Part shown: positions 1 through 8,929 of the stretch, piece after piece | Numbering within the stretch: the first letter of the stretch is position 1 | Layout: every line of letters begins with the position of its first letter | NCBI GenBank assembly: GCA_021827495.1 | Contig: JAKAVN010000005.1 | Span: 1-52,253, forward strand | From: Deltaproteobacteria bacterium | GTDB lineage: Bacteria > Desulfobacterota > Binatia > Binatales > Binataceae | DNA: 52,253 nt | Reading direction: 5' to 3' | Made by a program: the position numbers and the translations under genes | Notes under the pieces: model-generated | The model's database searches: none | What the model saw: only the letters and a program-made list of their open reading frames with translations | What the model was told of the DNA's origin: nothing

Positions 1-165
1 CTGACGGCTGAGACCACCATGACGATCACAGGGGACGCGTGGACAGGGTTTGCCGCTGACCGCTGGACCTACAACGGCGGAACCTTTGGTCCATATTCGG
101 TCACAGCCAATTATTCGGGCCTGCCGCTCGGTTGGCTGGTGTTGCTGCCTTCGGGACTGCAGTAG
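1..165 (+). CDS. 3' end of a hypothetical protein (partial, enters from left edge)
   Basis: Frame 1 is open from base 1 to TAG at 163-165 (LTAETTMTITGDAWTGFAADRWTYNGGTFGPYSVTANYSGLPLGWLVLLPSGLQ*). Composition is T/G/Y/W-rich, like a beta-rich protein; no family recognised. Confidence 0.4.
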   Translation: MTAETTMTITGDAWTGFAADRWTYNGGTFGPYSVTANYSGLPLGWLVLLPSGLQ

Positions 166-258
166 TGCAGGGCAAAAATCCGTGGATCGCACGAAGGGTG
201 AAGCGTCTGGGTCTTTAGACGGCAATCTGGTATGTTCTCAAAATGCGGGAGAACGCTC

Positions 259-669
259 ATGAACAAAAATACACTCGTAGCGGCATTGGCGCTCGTAGTC
301 GTTGGCGGCTGGCCGGTTGGCATCCGAGCGCAGGAGGCGCCGCCCTCAACGCAGTACTCTGGACCCGTTGTGCACAGCGCCAAACCCCTGACGCCCGAGG
401 AATTGCAAAAGGAGCGCGAGAGCGTCGCAGAGTATTGCCGCACGCACCAATGCGGCTCGGCCGTTGTGGGACCCAACTTCCTTCCGGGCGCGATGGAATC
501 GGCCGACCGGGCAATCCACCGTATCCCCTCCGGTTTCGCCCCCGGCGTGGCGAATCCCAACGATCTCATTCAGTGCGAAAGAGACCCGGCCCATCCTAAC
601 GGGCCCGAGATCTGCTACAGGGCCGGTGACCATAGCAGAGTGTACTCAGGTACCCCCGGTCCAAATTGA
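259..669 (+). CDS. Hypothetical secreted protein with four Cys
   Basis: GGGAGA RBS before ATG 259; N-terminus MNKNTLVAALALVVVGGWPVGIRA-QE resembles a Sec signal peptide. Confidence 0.65.
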   Translation: MNKNTLVAALALVVVGGWPVGIRAQEAPPSTQYSGPVVHSAKPLTPEELQKERESVAEYCRTHQCGSAVVGPNFLPGAMESADRAIHRIPSGFAPGVANPNDLIQCERDPAHPNGPEICYRAGDHSRVYSGTPGPN

Positions 670-893
670 CACTGCCAAAACAATTGCTTTCCAGTTTGGG
701 GCCGTAACGGCACTGGCACGCATCCCCGATCTCGATACATCAGGTTCGCACCGCTGGCCCGCACATCTGGCTCGCACATATTGGCCGATTCGAAACCGGG
801 CGCGGTTAACGCTACAATCGCGCCTGTTTCCGGGCGCATCGAGAGCGCGCTCTTTTGGCCCGGTTGGCCGGCTTTCCCGCGACAGGAGTAGCG

Positions 894-2156
894 ATGGGAT
901 CGGAACTGCTCAGCGGATTCAGGATGCTCGACTTCGCCGACGAGAAGGGCGCGCTGTGCGGCAAAATCTTCGCCGACTTGGGCGCCGACGTGATCAAGGT
1001 TGAGCCGCCCCAGGGCTGCCCGACGCGGCGAATCCCGCCGTTCCTCGACGACCTCCCGGACGCCGACCGCGGGCTTTATTTCATCGCCTACCAGGCCGGC
1101 AAGCGCTCGGTGACGCTGAACCTCGGCTCGCCCGATGGCCGCGCGCTGCTCGAAGACCTGGTGCGCAAGTCCGACTTCCTGCTGGAGTCGTTTCCCGTCG
1201 GCTACATGGACTCGCTCGGCCTTGGCTACGAGCGGCTCGCCGAGCTCAACCAGCGGCTCATCTACGCATCGATCACGCCCTTCGGCGACAAGGGTCCGGG
1301 CAAGGATTACAAGGCCTACGACATCGTCTCTTGGGCCTCGGGCGGCCCGATGTTCATGATGGGCGAGGCGGGCAAGCCGCCGCTGGAGATGAGCCTGCCG
1401 CAAGCCGGGCTGCACGCCGGCGCCGAGGCCGCGGTCGCCTCGCTGCTCGCGCATTACCCGCGCGAGATCGAAGGGCGCGGCCAGCGCGTGGTGGTTGACA
1501 TGCAGGCCTGCGTCGCCTGGACGTTGATGAACGAGCAGGCGATGCCGATCATGCACGGCGATTACATACGGCGCAGCGGGGTCTATTACACGGCGACCGG
1601 CACGCGGCGCAAAGTCGTTTACACCTGCAAGGACGGCTACATCTCGACCCTGCTCGCGGGCGGTCCCGGGGTCGGGGCAATTTCGATGAAGGCGATGGTC
1701 GCGTGGATGAAGGAGCGCGGAGCCGCCGCGGACTGGATGATCGGGAAGGACTGGGCGAGCTGGGCGCCGGGGATTCTGATGGAGGCGACCGACACGGATC
1801 GCCAAGAGATAGCGGACCTCGAAGAACGCGTCGAGCGCTTTTTCAGCCCGATGACCAAGCGCGAAATCTACACCGAGGGCCTCAAGCGGCGCATCCTGCT
1901 GGCGCCGGTGGCGACTGCCGCCGATATCGCCGATGACGAGCAGCTCAAGGCGCGCAACTACTTCGTCCGCGTCGAGCACGACACGCTCGGGCGCACGCTC
2001 ACGATGCCCGGCGCGTTTGCCAAGTTCAGCCTGACGCCGGTCGGTCCGGAACTCCGCGCGCCGCGCCTGGGCGAGCATAACGGCGAGGTTTGGGGCAAGC
2101 TTTTGGGAATCGACGGCGCACGGCTTGGCCGTCTGCGCGCAATTGGGGCAATCTGA
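894..2156 (+). CDS. Family III (CaiB/BaiF) CoA-transferase, subunit 1
   Basis: AGGAG RBS; motifs FADLGADVIKVEPP, GKRSVTLNL, RAPRLGEHN. Confidence 0.92.
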   Translation: MGSELLSGFRMLDFADEKGALCGKIFADLGADVIKVEPPQGCPTRRIPPFLDDLPDADRGLYFIAYQAGKRSVTLNLGSPDGRALLEDLVRKSDFLLESFPVGYMDSLGLGYERLAELNQRLIYASITPFGDKGPGKDYKAYDIVSWASGGPMFMMGEAGKPPLEMSLPQAGLHAGAEAAVASLLAHYPREIEGRGQRVVVDMQACVAWTLMNEQAMPIMHGDYIRRSGVYYTATGTRRKVVYTCKDGYISTLLAGGPGVGAISMKAMVAWMKERGAAADWMIGKDWASWAPGILMEATDTDRQEIADLEERVERFFSPMTKREIYTEGLKRRILLAPVATAADIADDEQLKARNYFVRVEHDTLGRTLTMPGAFAKFSLTPVGPELRAPRLGEHNGEVWGKLLGIDGARLGRLRAIGAI

Positions 2157-2191
2157 CGGGCGGCGCACAATCTGGTGAGCAGGAAACTTCG

Positions 2192-3412
2192 ATGAGACGT
2201 TACGCGCTTGAGGGAGTGCATGTGCTGGACTTTTCCTGGGTCGGAGTCGGGCCGATCACGACCAAGTACCTGGGCGACAACGGCGCCGACGTTATCCGGG
2301 TCGAGTCACTGGCGCGGCCCGACGTTCTGCGTCTCGCGCCGCCCTGGAAGGACGCCCAGCCCGGCATCGACCGCAGCCAGTTCTTCGCCAGCTACAACAC
2401 CTCGAAACGGAGCATCGCGCTGGATTTGAGCAAGCCCAAAGCGCGCGCGCTGGTGCTGAAGCTGCTGCCGTGGGCCGATATCGTGGCCGAGAGCTTCACG
2501 CCCAAGGCGCTGCGCAAATGGGAACTCGACTACGAGCATCTGCGCGCGCTCAAGCCCGACCTGATCATGCTTTCGACCTGCATGCAGGGTCAGACCGGGC
2601 CCAACGCGCTCTATCCGGGATACGGACAGTTGATGGCGGCGCTCAGCGGCTTCTATCATATCTCGGGCTATTCGCCCGGCGAGCCGCCATGTCCACCGTA
2701 CGGGGCGTATAGTGATTTCATCGCGCCGCGCTTTTCGGCCTGTGCGCTGCTCGCCGCGCTCGACTATCGCCGGCGCACCGGGCGCGGACAGTATATCGAC
2801 ATGTCGCAGTACGAGGCCGCGCTGCACAACCTTGCGCCGGCGCTGATCGACTATTTCGCGGCCGGCCGCGTAGCGGGGCCGCAGGGCAACCGCTCCGAGC
2901 GTTACGCGCCGCACGGCGCCTATCGATGCGCCGACCTCGACGGACAGGAGCGATGGCTCGCGCTGGCGGTCGCCAACGACGAGGAGTGGGGCGCAATGCT
3001 AGCCGCGTTGGAGAATCCGCCGGCCACCGAGCGCTTCGCCACGATGGAGCGCCGCATGCATAATCGCGCGGCGCTCGACGAGTTCGTCGGCGCCCTGGTG
3101 CGCGAGCGCGACGCTGACGCGCTGGCCGCGACACTGCAGGCCGCCGGCGTCTCCGCCTATCCGGTGCAGAACTGCGTCGATATCCATCGCGACGACAATC
3201 TCGAGGCCTTCGGCTTCTGGCATTGGCTCGATCACAAGGTGATGGGTCCGTCGCCCTACGACGGCCTCGCGCATCGGCTCAGCCGCACTCCCGGCGAGTT
3301 GCGCAGCCCGGCCCCGGCGCTCGGGCAGCACAACGACGAGGTGCTGGGCGGATTGCTGGGGCTGGACGCGGCCGAGATCGCGCGGCTCAAAGAGGAGCGG
3401 GTGATCTTTTGA
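2192..3412 (+). CDS. Family III (CaiB/BaiF) CoA-transferase, subunit 2
   Basis: Motifs LGDNGADVIRVES, NTSKRSIALDL, GAYSDF (likely catalytic Asp), PAPALGQHN. Confidence 0.92.
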   Translation: MRRYALEGVHVLDFSWVGVGPITTKYLGDNGADVIRVESLARPDVLRLAPPWKDAQPGIDRSQFFASYNTSKRSIALDLSKPKARALVLKLLPWADIVAESFTPKALRKWELDYEHLRALKPDLIMLSTCMQGQTGPNALYPGYGQLMAALSGFYHISGYSPGEPPCPPYGAYSDFIAPRFSACALLAALDYRRRTGRGQYIDMSQYEAALHNLAPALIDYFAAGRVAGPQGNRSERYAPHGAYRCADLDGQERWLALAVANDEEWGAMLAALENPPATERFATMERRMHNRAALDEFVGALVRERDADALAATLQAAGVSAYPVQNCVDIHRDDNLEAFGFWHWLDHKVMGPSPYDGLAHRLSRTPGELRSPAPALGQHNDEVLGGLLGLDAAEIARLKEERVIF

Positions 3413-3505
3413 GCCGCCGCGGCGCTGCCCCGGGCGCATCGTTGACCGCACCGGCCAGCGTCGAGGCGCGCGGCGCCGCCGCCGCATCGCGCGCTGGAGC
3501 GTGAT

Positions 3506-4750
3506 TTGCGTTACGAGATGATGATCGCGCTGCGCTATCTGCGCGCGCGGCGCAAAGACGCCTTTATCTCGATCACCACCCTGTTCACGGCGGTGGGCGT
3601 GATGATCGGCGTGGCCGCGTTGGTCGTGATGCTGGCCGTGATGAGCGGGTTCGAGACCAACCTGCGCCAGCGGATGCTCAGCCTGAGTCCGCAGGTGCAG
3701 GTGCAAAGCTTCAGCGGCGCGATCGCCGACTACGGGGCGATTCAGGGCCGCATCGATCGTACGGCCGGCGTGGCCGGATCGGACCCGTTTATCGTGGGCC
3801 AAGGCCTAATCAGTTCGGCGCACGGGCTTTCGGGCATCGTGGTACGCGGAGTGGAGCCGCGCAACCCGGTGATTGCCGCGCAACTTCAGCGCTACGTCGG
3901 CGCGGCGGCCTTGCGGGCGCTCGAGCGCAGCTACCCAGCCGGCGCCGGCGCGGCGCATCCGCTCAGCGGCCTGCTGCTCGGCGCGGCGCTGGCCGACAAG
4001 CTAAAGGTTAAACCCGGCGACCCGGTGCGAATAGTCGCGCCGATAATTTCGGGCCCCAATGCCCAGCTCAGCACCCGCAGCGCGGATTTCCGGGTCGCGG
4101 CGGTCTTCGATTCGGGCGTCCAATTCATCGACAGCGAAGTGATCTTCATGGGCCTCGGCACGGCGCAGGACTTCTTCGGACGCCCGGGCAAGGCCGACGG
4201 AATCGAGGTGAAGCTTCATAACCTCGACGCGACGACCGCAGTCACCAGCGCGCTGCGCGGAGCCCTGGGCCACAAGTTTCGGGTGAGCAACTGGATGGAG
4301 TACGACCAGGCGGCGTCGGCCGGGTTTGCGATGCTCAAGCGGGTCTATGCGCTGGTGCTGCTGCTGCTGATCGGTGTGGCGGCGTTCAACCTGATCGCGA
4401 CGCTAATCATGGTCGTGATGGAAAAGCGCAAAGATATCGCGGTGCTGCTGGCGATGGGCGCGACCCCGGCCGAGGTGCGCCGCATCTTCCAGCTCAAGGG
4501 GATAATCGTCGGCGCGGCCGGGACCGCGATGGGGCTGGGGATCGGCACCCTGACCTGCTTTGCGCTCTCCCGCTACCAGTTCATCCATATTCCGCGCAAA
4601 ATCTACGGCATTTCAACCCTGCCGATCGACGCCGAGCCGCTAAGCTTCGTGCTGGTCGCGGTGGCGTCGATGGTGCTGTGTTACCTGGCGACGATCTATC
4701 CGGCGCGGCAGGCCTCGCGCGAGACGCCGGTCGAGGTTTTCCGCTCCTAG
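3506..4750 (+). CDS. LolC/E-family lipoprotein-releasing ABC transporter permease
   Basis: IALRYLRARRK...GVMIGVAALVVMLAVMSGF; VAAFNLIATLIMVVMEKRKDIAVLLAMGAT; IYPARQAS. TTG start after GGAG. Confidence 0.92.
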   Translation: MRYEMMIALRYLRARRKDAFISITTLFTAVGVMIGVAALVVMLAVMSGFETNLRQRMLSLSPQVQVQSFSGAIADYGAIQGRIDRTAGVAGSDPFIVGQGLISSAHGLSGIVVRGVEPRNPVIAAQLQRYVGAAALRALERSYPAGAGAAHPLSGLLLGAALADKLKVKPGDPVRIVAPIISGPNAQLSTRSADFRVAAVFDSGVQFIDSEVIFMGLGTAQDFFGRPGKADGIEVKLHNLDATTAVTSALRGALGHKFRVSNWMEYDQAASAGFAMLKRVYALVLLLLIGVAAFNLIATLIMVVMEKRKDIAVLLAMGATPAEVRRIFQLKGIIVGAAGTAMGLGIGTLTCFALSRYQFIHIPRKIYGISTLPIDAEPLSFVLVAVASMVLCYLATIYPARQASRETPVEVFRS

Positions 4751-4871
4751 GAACGGCCTCGATTTCCGCGGCGAGCGGCAAAGGGAACTGTGCCCTCCGC
4801 GCGTGGCGGCACAAGCGACTCTGCTCGGCGGTGCCGCCAGCAATCTTGGGCGGCGGATTATGCGGGAGAGT

Positions 4872-5159
4872 CTACTGGTTGGAACGGTCGATGGCGTTGG
4901 AAGGCTTGGCCACCAGCTTAGGCTTGCGAATCACGAGCGTCTCGTGACCGCGAACTTTGATCGTGCGGGCGGACTCCGACTGCGAAATGGAGCGTGCACC
5001 GTCGGATTCGTTAGGCCTGGGCCGTGCCGTGGTTCGCCGTCGACGCCAGTTACTCAGCTCTTGCGATAGCTTGGTAGCCAGCGATTCGTTATTCTGGTCA
5101 GCGTCCATGGCGGACTCGTTTTCCTTCTGGTTATCGTTTGGCGGATCCTGCGAACTCAT
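4872..5159 (-). CDS. Small hydrophilic hypothetical protein
   Basis: 95-aa ORF with ATG start and upstream GGAGGAGG at long (~16-17 nt) spacing; lower-GC segment; no family recognised. Confidence 0.45.
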   Translation of the reverse strand: MSSQDPPNDNQKENESAMDADQNNESLATKLSQELSNWRRRRTTARPRPNESDGARSISQSESARTIKVRGHETLVIRKPKLVAKPSNAIDRSNQ

Positions 5160-5440
5160 GTGAAATATCTTTTTGTTCCTCCTCCGCCAGGTTCAATCCT
5201 GGCGATAAAAATGTCCTAAGACCGGCGGCTAAAACGAACGAGGCTCTGGGTCCGCCTGATAAGACGCGACGCTGGGTGGCCTCTTCACCTGTTTTTCTTG
5301 TTCATTCAATGCCGGCGGCGGCGGTTTGTCACACGCTCCGGCCTTACGCGGATTTTCGGAATGTTATCGGGATGATTGCGGGTCTATTTCTGGCTCCGCG
5401 GCCCTCAGCGAACCGCAGGTTGTGTGGTCGGCTCCTATAG

Positions 5441-5770
5441 CTAGGCAAAGAGGCTCTGCAGGCGAAGCGCCAACCCCATGTCGCCTGCGATCTTCAGCTT
5501 TCCGGTCATGAAAGCCATCTGACCATTCAGCTTGCCATTGACCATGTCCACGTAATCCTTGGCGGTCATGGAGATAGTGATGTTGGGAGAGGCGGCCTTT
5601 CCTTCCTTAACTTCGCACTGTTCGTTCGCGATTATTGCATGCCACTGGCCGCCACCGTCGCCGGAGAGATCGAACTGGTAGGTCGCATTAAGGCCCTTCG
5701 CGGCGTCCTTTTTGAACCGCGAAGTCATGTTGTCAAAGACTTCTTTGCACGAAGACGCAGTCTCAGCCAT
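5441..5770 (-). CDS. SCP2 sterol/lipid-binding domain protein
   Basis: YQFDLSGDGGGQW...AFMTGKLKIAGDMGLA is typical of SCP2; AGGAGG RBS. Confidence 0.92.
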   Translation of the reverse strand: MAETASSCKEVFDNMTSRFKKDAAKGLNATYQFDLSGDGGGQWHAIIANEQCEVKEGKAASPNITISMTAKDYVDMVNGKLNGQMAFMTGKLKIAGDMGLALRLQSLFA

Positions 5771-5820
5771 TTGTAAACGGGGCCTCCTGAAGGGGCTCAG
5801 TGGGAAAGGTTCCTGAAGCC

Positions 5821-5850
5821 AGTCTAAGCGTCAGCCCAAAAGAATGTCAA
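5821..5850 (-). promoter_or_regulatory. Sigma70-like promoter for the SCP2 gene
   Basis: Minus strand TTGACA-N18-TAGACT, 50 nt upstream of the ATG. Confidence 0.6.
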
Positions 5851-5895
5851 TAGCTATGCCATATCACCCGCGGCGGATTATCCCTCATTAACCCC

Positions 5896-5947
5896 CTTAT
5901 CATGGCCGCTTATCATGGCCGCTTATTATGGCCGCCTATCATGGCCG
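5896..5947. repeat. Four tandem 13-bp repeats C(T/C)TAT(C/T)ATGGCCG
   Basis: Units at 5896, 5909, 5922 and 5935: CTTATCATGGCCG x2, CTTATTATGGCCG, CCTATCATGGCCG. Confidence 0.95.
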
Positions 5948-6075
5948 CCTACCGGTGACCCCGCTGGTGTGTCATAGCCAAAACCTACGGGGCAAGAAGC
6001 CCGCCAATCGCGGCATCAGCAGAATCCGGCTGAACTGTGACGGCCTACCGTGCAACGTGCGACGCCTGCGCTCGA

Positions 6076-6221
6076 GTCGTGGTGCAAAGCGGCCCGGACG
6101 CACGGGAAACCTATCGGTTTTCCGTGCGGCGGAGATGCGTAAATAGACGCGATGGGTTAGCCGGTTACCGCAAAGGGACTGGCGGCAGCATGTCTGGGTT
6201 GGTCAGTTTTGCACCTGCGAC
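6076..6221 (+). ncRNA. Candidate structured RNA: long closing stem enclosing three hairpins; family unknown
   Basis: Hand-folded pairings: 6081-6090/6206-6215, 6091-6100/6191-6200, 6101-6111/6116-6126, 6137-6140/6147-6150, 6160-6166/6177-6183. The non-Watson-Crick pairs are G-U on the + strand. Confidence 0.4.
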
Positions 6222-6285
6222 ACGCCCCTCTGTTCAAGGCCATTTATCGGCGCTCGCCGGCTTTCACCTAAACCCGAGCACCTTG

Positions 6286-7821
6286 CTAGAAGCCGAATAC
6301 CCTGCCCGGTGCTACGCGAATCAGGTTGCTACGCACTTTGACTGGCGCCGCGCCCTCGGCGATCGTCACCGCACGCAGGCGGTCGAGGTCGTTAGCAACT
6401 GTGCCGTCGAGATACGCGTCACTCCCAATCACCTTGACCGTGACGCCGCTCAACCCCGCGCTGGCCAGAGCCTGTGAGATCTGGACCTGGCGAGAGGCCC
6501 ACAGCGCCGTGTCAGTGGTCGTTTGATCGATAACGTCGGTGGCTCCGCTCACGCCGCGCGCGGTTCGCACGGCCAGACGTTTGTCGTTATCGTCGAAGAC
6601 CTTGCCGTAGAGCGTCACTACGCCCCCGTTGGTATAGGCATTGACCTGGTTAAGCTTGCGATTGGAGTGCAGCGCCGCCTGGACCCGCTCCAACAAGGTG
6701 GATTTCGGCGGCCGCGCCGAGACCAGCTCGCGCCGCCGCCGCCTGGGGCGGAGCTTTGCGGCAGGAGCGGCTTCCGGCGTAACCGGCGCAGAGACTTCCA
6801 TTGCGGGCGACGGCGTAGCTGACGCCGCGGCGGGCGGCGCGAAGGCGTACTCGGGGGAAGAGCTCGCATCGAGGACCGCGACCTTGGAGGCGAGGCTCGA
6901 GTCGATAGCGCCAGCATGGGCGGCGTCGCGCGCGAAGATTATCGGATAGTCGGCTTTCACTTCGCCGCCGTTGAAGGGCGCAAAAGTCCATCCCATCATC
7001 GACTTGACCACCGCCGCGTCGAGCTCCGGGTTGGACGCGGTCGAGGTACGCACCGCGGCGCCGGTTACCGCTCCGCTGGGCGCCACCGTCAGCCGCACCA
7101 TCATCCCGTCGTCGACCGCCGACCCGCCCGCCAGCACGCCGCGGTAGTCGTCGAGCAGCCCGCCCTTGCCGGCCTCGAAGAGCTTGCGCGCCGCGTTCGT
7201 ACCACGCTCGGGTGCCGCCGCCGACTCGCCGATCGTCTGAACCGCCAGGCTATGCGCCAGATCGACCGTCGGGCCGCTGGCCACGGCCGCCGGACTGGCC
7301 GTCGCGGCCGGAGACGCCACGGCCGTCTTCGGCGTGGAGGGCGTGGAGCTTAGATGGAGCGCGAGCAAGGCGCCGGCGGCCAACGCAACAACCGCCGCGG
7401 CCGAGTAGCCGATTATGCCTATCAGAGGCCGGCGCGGTTCGTCTCCGGCTTCGTCATCGGGTGGAATTGGCGGAGTGAAATCGGTCGCGGTCAATTTGTC
7501 TTGGGCGGGAACGTAGGTCTCGGGGCGCCGCCGCGGCGCTCCCGCGGCCCCACCGCCACGCGCCGCGCCGCTCGCGGGCGCGGGCTCGGTCACCGGCGGC
7601 GCGCCCGCGCTCACTGGCAGCCGCGCGCCGCAAAAATTGCACATCAGCTCGCCGGGCTCGGCCTTGCCGCCACACACCGGGCATTCGATTGCACCCTCGC
7701 CCGCCTCACCCATCGGCGCCGTGGCGGGCGCTGCCGAAGCGGCTACCAATGCAGTGCCGTCGGCCTCACAAAACGACTCGGCGTCGGGATAGCTCTTGGC
7801 GCATCGTGGACAGGTCTTCAT
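6286..7821 (-). CDS. Membrane protein: double Zn-ribbon, TM helix, TonB-C/AgmX-PglI-like domain and two BON domains
   Basis: CPRC..FC and CPVC..CNFC; TM IGIIGYSAAAVVALAAGALLAL; VRLTVAPSGAV..AAV..LDAAVVKSMMGWTFAP..YPIIF; BON motifs GVVTLYGKV..GVSGATDVID and AYLDGTV..VKVRSNLIRV. AGGAGG RBS. Confidence 0.8.
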   Translation of the reverse strand: MKTCPRCAKSYPDAESFCEADGTALVAASAAPATAPMGEAGEGAIECPVCGGKAEPGELMCNFCGARLPVSAGAPPVTEPAPASGAARGGGAAGAPRRRPETYVPAQDKLTATDFTPPIPPDDEAGDEPRRPLIGIIGYSAAAVVALAAGALLALHLSSTPSTPKTAVASPAATASPAAVASGPTVDLAHSLAVQTIGESAAAPERGTNAARKLFEAGKGGLLDDYRGVLAGGSAVDDGMMVRLTVAPSGAVTGAAVRTSTASNPELDAAVVKSMMGWTFAPFNGGEVKADYPIIFARDAAHAGAIDSSLASKVAVLDASSSPEYAFAPPAAASATPSPAMEVSAPVTPEAAPAAKLRPRRRRRELVSARPPKSTLLERVQAALHSNRKLNQVNAYTNGGVVTLYGKVFDDNDKRLAVRTARGVSGATDVIDQTTTDTALWASRQVQISQALASAGLSGVTVKVIGSDAYLDGTVANDLDRLRAVTIAEGAAPVKVRSNLIRVAPGRVFGF

Positions 7822-7946
7822 GGCTCAAAGGTGGCCTCCTGATACATCGCCCGCTCCGATTTCAATGATATCCGCAGCGCCGCGCGCAAGGCTATGACCA
7901 CGCTACCGCAGGCTTGCGGCGCCTGCGCAAGCGCCGGACGCTGCCG

Positions 7947-8801
7947 CTATTGCCGCGCCATCACCTGGCTGTGGACCTGCTCCATCGCGGCGATCGCGCG
8001 CTCGGGGTCGCGCGCACTGGGGATTATCAGCCGCGAAACGCCCGCCTGGGCGAACGCATTGACCAGTTCGACGGTCAGCGGTCCATCCAGGCGCGGGCTG
8101 AGCGTGATTTCCAGCGGCGTCGCGCGGTTCTGCGCACTTTCGTGGCCGCGCAGCCGGGCGATCAGATCGCGCGTGTCGTGAAGATTCTCGGCGATCCCGT
8201 ACCATCCATCCGCCAGTTGCGCGGCCCGGCGCAGCGAGGGCTCGGTATGGCCTCCGAAGATGAGGGGCGGACGCGGCTGCTGGATCGGCTTGGGCATGAA
8301 CTTCACGCCCCCGACGCGGATCGTTCGCCCCTCGAACACCGGGTCCTTGCGGGTCCATAGCTGGTCCATCAGGGCCAGGTATTCGCGAGTGCGGCGCGCG
8401 CGGTCGGCAAACGTCATCTCCACCGCCGCGAATTCCTCTGCGAGCCATCCGATACCCACGCCGAAGATGAAGCGGCCGCCCGAGAGAACGTCCAGGCTGG
8501 CCACCGCCTTGGCGGTGGCGAACGCATTGCGCAGCGGTACGACGAAGATGCCGGTCGCGAGCCGGATGCGGCTGGTGACGGCGGCGGCGTAGGCTAGGGC
8601 CAAAAAAGGGTCATGCAGCGGCGTGTCGGGCGGCGCGGGCATCCTGCCGGCCGCGGCGTACGGGTAGCGCGATCTGTATTCGACCGGGAGGACGAGATGC
8701 TCGGGAATCCACAGCGACTCGAACCCCAGTTCCTCGGCCCGGCGCGCCACGCGGGCGAGGTCGGGGCCGGCAATCTGATAAAGAAACGTCGCGAATTTCA
8801 C
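7947..8801 (-). CDS. LLM-class (probably F420-dependent) oxidoreductase
   Basis: AEELGFESLWIPEH, DPFLALAYAAAVTSRIRLATG, LDVLSGGRFIFGVGIGWLAEEF. Confidence 0.9.
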   Translation of the reverse strand: MKFATFLYQIAGPDLARVARRAEELGFESLWIPEHLVLPVEYRSRYPYAAAGRMPAPPDTPLHDPFLALAYAAAVTSRIRLATGIFVVPLRNAFATAKAVASLDVLSGGRFIFGVGIGWLAEEFAAVEMTFADRARRTREYLALMDQLWTRKDPVFEGRTIRVGGVKFMPKPIQQPRPPLIFGGHTEPSLRRAAQLADGWYGIAENLHDTRDLIARLRGHESAQNRATPLEITLSPRLDGPLTVELVNAFAQAGVSRLIIPSARDPERAIAAMEQVHSQVMARQ

Positions 8802-8929
8802 CCGCTCACCTCACGCACCCCGCGCAACCCTGGGCCACGCGCCTGGATTCCACGCCGCGGCGGGATCGCCGCGGCGGGCGCATCTCTCTCAGTACGCCCG
8901 CCACGGCCACACTCAGCGGCGCGCGCGAT

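Noticed and set aside
615-2168. Long antisense ORFs (also 17656-19350, 26326-27762, 31839-33197, 38020-39348)
   Set aside because: Typical high-GC shadow ORFs opposite well-supported genes.
5185-5204. tRNA T-arm look-alike CCAGGTTCAATCCTGG as the missing half of the Arg tRNA
   Set aside because: The loop has 6 nt rather than 7, and there is no adjoining anticodon or acceptor strand.
5896-5947. CRISPR array or oriC 13-mers
   Set aside because: No spacers or cas genes; the repeats are not AT-rich and no DnaA-box cluster was noticed.
6081-6172. c-di-GMP-I riboswitch (GCAAAG...GCCGGTTACCG)
   Set aside because: It lacks the GGCAAA/GNRA P2 arm and has no downstream + strand gene to regulate. Kept only as an unknown structured RNA.
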